A stretch of 63,103 bases of DNA from Basidiobolus meristosporus CBS 931.73. Taxonomy: Eukaryota; Fungi; Basidiobolomycota. Where the stretch lies: NCBI GenBank assembly GCA_002104905.1, contig MCFE01000519.1, positions 1-63,103 on the forward strand, in the 5' to 3' direction. A model generated the notes under the pieces. The model was not told the DNA's origin, ran no database searches, and saw only the letters and a program-made list of their open reading frames with translations. Every line of letters begins with the position of its first letter. The stretch's first letter is position 1. The position numbers and the translations under genes are program-made. This document shows positions 60,630 through 63,103 of the stretch, piece by piece.

Positions 60630-62750
60630 TTAGGGGGGGGAGACAGTCACCAACAGGTGAAATCTTTATTTCAGTTGAAACAAAGAAGCCAGCGCTACTG
60701 TTGTAGCTTTGATACAAGAGTGTGTAGCTGAGGGGAATTTGTAGGTAAGTTAATAAGAAGTGATGATAGTTCTTCAGTGCTCAAGACACTGTTCAGTGGG
60801 AAGGGGGGTAGCAAGAGAGGTAAGAATGACTTGTGAACAACATTAATGAGGGGAATGTGATAAGGATTGATATTCATCATAAAGGGAGTATGCTGCTGCA
60901 GATATTGCTGCCAAAGGTCTGTCAAGTACTTCAGGTAGGCCAGCTTGGGTTTTTCTGACTGCAGAATATAGTGAGCAAACTTCTTGACTTCAGGATCTCC
61001 AAGTATAGTTCTCCAGCAGGAGCCAGGTGTTGTGTGGTGTGTTCTCTTCCAGGCCTTAATCAGTGGGTTGTTGCAGTTGTGAAGTCTGAGGTATAATCTG
61101 GTTCTAAGGTAGAGAAGTCTGATCTTATAGGGCATAAACCCAAAAGCACCAAGAATAGCATGTCTGTAGGGGCATTCAGGCAAATGAGGCACCAAGGAGG
61201 TAATGCACCATACTGCAAACTTGTCAAGCTTAGTGCAGTCTCTAGAAGTAAGAGAGAGAAGTGGTAAGCCAAATTCCAGGACAGGGAAGACAAACTGCTT
61301 GAGTAGAAGGAGGCAGCTGGGAGCTGAAGTTGTAGGAGGAGTAACAGCCAGTAGCTTGTGGAGTGCCTGTCTTGCCAGGATAATTCTCTTCTTCAGGTGT
61401 GCTCCAGAGTCTAATCCAGTAGGAAGGAAAGGAAAGCCAAGATATGTAGCAGAAACCTGAGCAGGTAGAGTGGAGTTCTCCAAGTTGATGGGAGAGCCCA
61501 AAGGTACTGTCTTTGCAATGGAAAGCTGGAGATTATTCTTCTGCAGATACTGGTGGATGGTCTGGGAGTCTTGTTGCACATTGGAGGAGGATATTCTGAT
61601 GTCATCAGCAAAGAGAGTAACCAGGCAGTCAGCTGAGAGTCTTGGGAAATCATTCAGGAAGATGGCAAACAGTATAGGACCAAGCACAGAGCCTTGAACC
61701 ACTCCATTAGGAACTGAGAACACAGCTGATTGCTCACTTGGGTGCAGAATTCTTGCTTGTGGATCCAGAAACAGAGACCTGACAAGGAGGGTGAGAGAGG
61801 TACTGGAGAAGCATTGCAACTTGGACCAAAGCAGATTTCTGTCAACTGAATCAAAGGCCTTAGTAACATCAAACAGAACAGAGGGATACTTGCACTGGAG
61901 AGAGTGATCTTGGCTAAGTATGACTGCATATTCCAAGGAGAGGCCAGGAACAAAGCCAAACTGTGCAGGATGAAACTTGAGGGAGTCAGAGTAGAGCTCC
62001 TGAGCAAGCAGAAGCTCAAACACCTTTCTGCAGGTGGGCAGCAGAGATATTGGCCTGTAGGAGCTAGGATCCAGGTGCTTTCCTTTACCCTTGTACAGTG
62101 GCAGAACATTTGCAAAGGACCATTCCTCAGGAGTAGAAAGCTGGGCTGAGCATTGCTGAAACAGTGGAAGCAGAAGTGCAGACATGGCCTTGGCACTAGT
62201 CTTCAGAAGCTCATAGGAGATTGTGTCCACACCTGGAGCAGTAGAGTTGGGAAGCCTCTTGAGCACATTATGGATTCTCCTTTGATCAAGTGCAAGTGGT
62301 ATGGGCAGAGTCTTGAAGTCAGGATGAAAGCCAGGAGTTGAGTACTGCTTTGTAGAGAAGAAGATGTTAGCCAGCTGTTCTGTTGAAGGTAACTTCCTGG
62401 AAGAGGGCCTCATTGCCCTGTAGAGTCTTGATACTGTTCTTGTTATAGAGTTGGAAGATTGCAGTGGCAAAGAACTCATAATATGATCCCAGAGCTGAGT
62501 ATGCAGAGTGTGGTGAATTGCCTTGGAGTGGTGTATTGCTGTCAGGAGGAGTTTCTCTGTTTTTGGGTTAGGGAAGCTCAGGTAGCTTTGTTGCAGGGCT
62601 GAAACAATGGATTCCCATTTTCTTGAGGTAACAGCAGTAGTCTTGCATGGCAGTGAGAGGGAGGCAGACACCAGAATCAGATGCTTCACAAAGAGCCAGG
62701 CAAAGTTGAGATCATCTGGCAGAGAAAGTAGCAAACTGGCAAGCTTCAAG
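60630..62750 (-). mobile_element. Telomere-proximal non-LTR (LINE-type) retroelement with no visible endonuclease
   Basis: RT ORF plus a ~55-nt structured 3' UTR ending in C8-TAA; no poly(A), LTR or TSD seen. Confidence 0.85.
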
Positions 62751-62770
62751 TAGGGGAGGAAAGTCACCAA
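60695..62770 (-). CDS. Non-LTR reverse transcriptase, uninterrupted frame (track start is TTG; first ATG at 62479)
   Basis: APGVD, W..A.V.PLYKGKG, YRPISLLP, QFGF, DVTKAFDSV, GVVQGSVLGPILF, FADD and YLG motifs in canonical order. Confidence 0.95.
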   Translation of the reverse strand: MVTFLPYLKLASLLLSLPDDLNFAWLFVKHLILVSASLSLPCKTTAVTSRKWESIVSALQQSYLSFPNPKTEKLLLTAIHHSKAIHHTLHTQLWDHIMSSLPLQSSNSITRTVSRLYRAMRPSSRKLPSTEQLANIFFSTKQYSTPGFHPDFKTLPIPLALDQRRIHNVLKRLPNSTAPGVDTISYELLKTSAKAMSALLLPLFQQCSAQLSTPEEWSFANVLPLYKGKGKHLDPSSYRPISLLPTCRKVFELLLAQELYSDSLKFHPAQFGFVPGLSLEYAVILSQDHSLQCKYPSVLFDVTKAFDSVDRNLLWSKLQCFSSTSLTLLVRSLFLDPQARILHPSEQSAVFSVPNGVVQGSVLGPILFAIFLNDFPRLSADCLVTLFADDIRISSSNVQQDSQTIHQYLQKNNLQLSIAKTVPLGSPINLENSTLPAQVSATYLGFPFLPTGLDSGAHLKKRIILARQALHKLLAVTPPTTSAPSCLLLLKQFVFPVLEFGLPLLSLTSRDCTKLDKFAVWCITSLVPHLPECPYRHAILGAFGFMPYKIRLLYLRTRLYLRLHNCNNPLIKAWKRTHHTTPGSCWRTILGDPEVKKFAHYILQSEKPKLAYLKYLTDLWQQYLQQHTPFMMNINPYHIPLINVVHKSFLPLLLPPFPLNSVLSTEELSSLLINLPTNSPQLHTLVSKLQQ

Positions 62771-62929
62771 GTGGTGAAATCTTTATTTACTTATGACAAG
62801 TATCTAAAGAAGCCAAGTTAATCTGAAGTTATTCCTAGAAAGCTAGGTCTGAGAGATATCTTCCTGGTAAGCCAGGTCTGAGAGTTGAGAAGCTGAGTGG
62901 TACTATATTTCCTAGTTAGCTAGGTCTGA
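62751..62929 (-). repeat. Distal 180-bp unit: sixth double-hairpin copy plus three 24-bp hairpin repeats abutting the telomere
   Basis: Motif at 62751-62814; TTCCTRG-nnn-AGCYAGGTCTGAG at 62832, 62861 and 62909. Confidence 0.7.
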
Positions 62930-63103
62930 GGGTTAGGGTTAGGGTTAGGTAGTTAGGGTTAGGGTTAGGGTTAGGGTTAGGGTTAGGGTTAGGGTTAGGG
63001 TTAGGGTTAGGGTTAGGGTTAGGGTTAGGGTTAGGGTTAGGGTTAGGGTTAGGGTTAGGGTTAGGGTTAGGGTTAGGGTTAGGGTTAGGTTAGGTAGGGT
63101 TAG
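62930..63103 (+). repeat. Telomeric (TTAGGG)n tract, chromosome end
   Basis: About 28 TTAGGG units running to the end of the window, with a few variant units (ttaggtag, ttaggttaggtaggg). Confidence 0.98.

Noticed and set aside
59796-60690. CRISPR-like array (conserved repeats with variable spacers)
   Set aside because: Eukaryotic context, irregular spacing, long structured repeats and no cas genes.
59796-62814. Hammerhead or HDV ribozyme identity for the double-hairpin motif, and Penelope-like classification of the element
   Set aside because: No CUGANGA/GAAA core on either strand and no HDV nested pseudoknot found by eye; the RT motifs are LINE-type, not PLE-type.

Overview
The right-hand end of an intron-containing fungal chromosome, ending in a (TTAGGG)n telomere at ~62930-63103. 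The gene content, a U12-type intron and TXNL4B suggest an early-diverging fungus (Zoopagomycota/Mucoromycota-like; inference). 1-12.4 kb is dense housekeeping genes (6PGD, RPL38, exportin-5, TXNL4B, MRPS9, an Spd1-like RNR inhibitor, POP5). 12.7-30.7 kb is a block of tandem amplifications (3x mitochondrial SHMT, 2x signal-peptide thioredoxin, 4x GH18+CBM chitinase) around a MADS-box gene. 32.7-44.6 kb holds a C2H2 factor, VPS1, an F-box/SMI1 protein, an FHA-RING E3 and casein kinase I. The subtelomere (45-63 kb) holds a decayed bacterial-type solute-binding-protein gene, a 55-aa six-cysteine secreted peptide absent from the ORF track, ~8 decayed tandem copies of a possibly kinase-like gene, and a secreted CX3C-repeat protein. 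The most striking feature is next to the telomere. A LINE-type reverse transcriptase ORF with no visible endonuclease, no poly(A) tail and no CpG reads from telomere to centromere. Around it are six copies of a covarying double-hairpin, each fused to TAGGG(G)n, which looks like successive rounds of RNA-templated addition to the chromosome end. All calls are by eye from the sequence and ORF track; no searches were run, and intron-containing gene ends are approximate.
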